Of a stretch of 64,000 bases of DNA, positions 63,279-64,000 are shown piece by piece. The DNA comes from a virus (lineage: Duplodnaviria > Caudoviricetes): positions 1-64,000 of the IMG/VR virus record IMGVR_UViG_3300012007_000001. One strand, written 5' to 3'. The translations under genes and the position numbers were made by a program. How positions within the stretch are numbered: position 1 is the first letter of the stretch; each line of letters starts with the position of its first letter. The notes beneath the pieces were generated by a model. It had not been told where the DNA came from. It ran no database searches and saw only the letters and a list, made by a program, of their open reading frames with translations.

Positions 63279-64000
63279 AATCTTTAATCTTCTTTTTTGT
63301 TAGACTTCATGTATTTAATTCTCTCGTTTACATAGTATTCCAAATCCACGTCTTCCGACTTAGCCCAACTGATAATGAATCCCGTCATCATAATCACGCG
63401 CTTTTTGATGGGTACTACGGACATTACCAGCTTCGCAAAGGAAAAGCAGTTGTTATTGAACGTGAACTCCGTGAAATTGCGCTTAAATTCAGGCTCCAGT
63501 GCCTCAAAGTTCATTTCTTTTGCAGCGGCCAAATCCAAGACACCCAACATCAGGTCTGCGAACCGTTCTTCTGTTGACAATCGGATATATTGCCTGTAAT
63601 TCCTTACGGGATTTGGCTTCTTGAACAGTCTGCGTTCATTATTGTAATGCTCGTAACTTCCACGGTCTGCAATCCGCTTCAACTTCACTGCGATTCGCAA
63701 GGCTGTAAGATAATCCAGCAGCCTGACCAATCCCTCTCCGATGTCTGATTTGTCCCATAACCCAGCATTTAGGGCATGTATCTCTTTTGAAACTCTTTCA
63801 AGTTGTTCCTTTGTCATGGATTCATAATTTTTTTGATGTAGGCATCCCGCAGATGTTTGATGACATCGCCAACGTCACTTGCCTTGACATTCCACTGCCC
63901 CTCAATGTTAGACACATGAAACAGCGGCATACCACACACCACAATTTCGTTGATTAACTCGCCGTTTTCAACCCTGCATGTAGGATAAATCTCGGTCTCT

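Larger units (their letters stand above)
46761..64000 (-). other. Accessory array C: about 40 small minus-strand genes
   Basis: Dense contiguous ORFs, with early-type cassettes at about 51731 and 59335, a leader at 59032 and an operator-overlapped promoter near 60036. Confidence 0.8.

Noticed and set aside
4496-63599. Numerous plus-strand ORFs in the track (e.g. 38041-38853, 42847-43635, 53204-54187)
   Set aside because: Antisense shadows of well-supported minus-strand genes, with no recognisable motifs
1-64000. Alternative genetic code (TAG/TGA recoding) as in some Bacteroidetes phages
   Set aside because: Long structural ORFs are intact in code 11, and TAG/TGA end genes at sensible overlapping boundaries

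Overview
A 64-kb segment of a large tailed (siphovirus-like) phage or prophage. The host is most likely Bacteroidetes (Prevotella-like), judged from repeated TAnnTTTG/-33 TTTG promoters and the gene families. The genetic code is standard, and essentially all genes lie on the minus strand; the one convincing plus-strand CDS is an XRE HTH regulator. The window holds the packaging and morphogenesis genes (TerS, TerL, portal, scaffold, decoration, major capsid, neck, tail tube, chaperones, 1818-aa tape measure, Dit, tail tip), split by 11-12 kb arrays of small accessory genes. Main discovery: at the head of the packaging operon is a tRNA gene (45446-45518) with the body of an initiator tRNA-fMet but a GAC anticodon and an abnormal loop (CU-GAC-UU). 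Two genes just downstream have no nearby ATG/GTG/TTG, and both open at an identical GCUGA|GUC-AGR motif that is complementary to that whole anticodon loop. This suggests a phage-private GUC translation-initiation system, co-located with ASCH, PP-loop (PAPS-reductase-like) and ParB-like genes. Other layers read from the sequence: (i) nine full copies and one short copy of a conserved 5' leader motif, with a matching antisense sRNA at 9676-9770; (ii) a 23-bp operator found in both orientations at those promoters; (iii) four putative late promoters with a TTTCAC-N12-GTGAAA box exactly 41 bp from the -7 box; (iv) a DGR-type variable-region target gene with no RT in the window. Family names come from recognising motifs by eye; no database searches were run.
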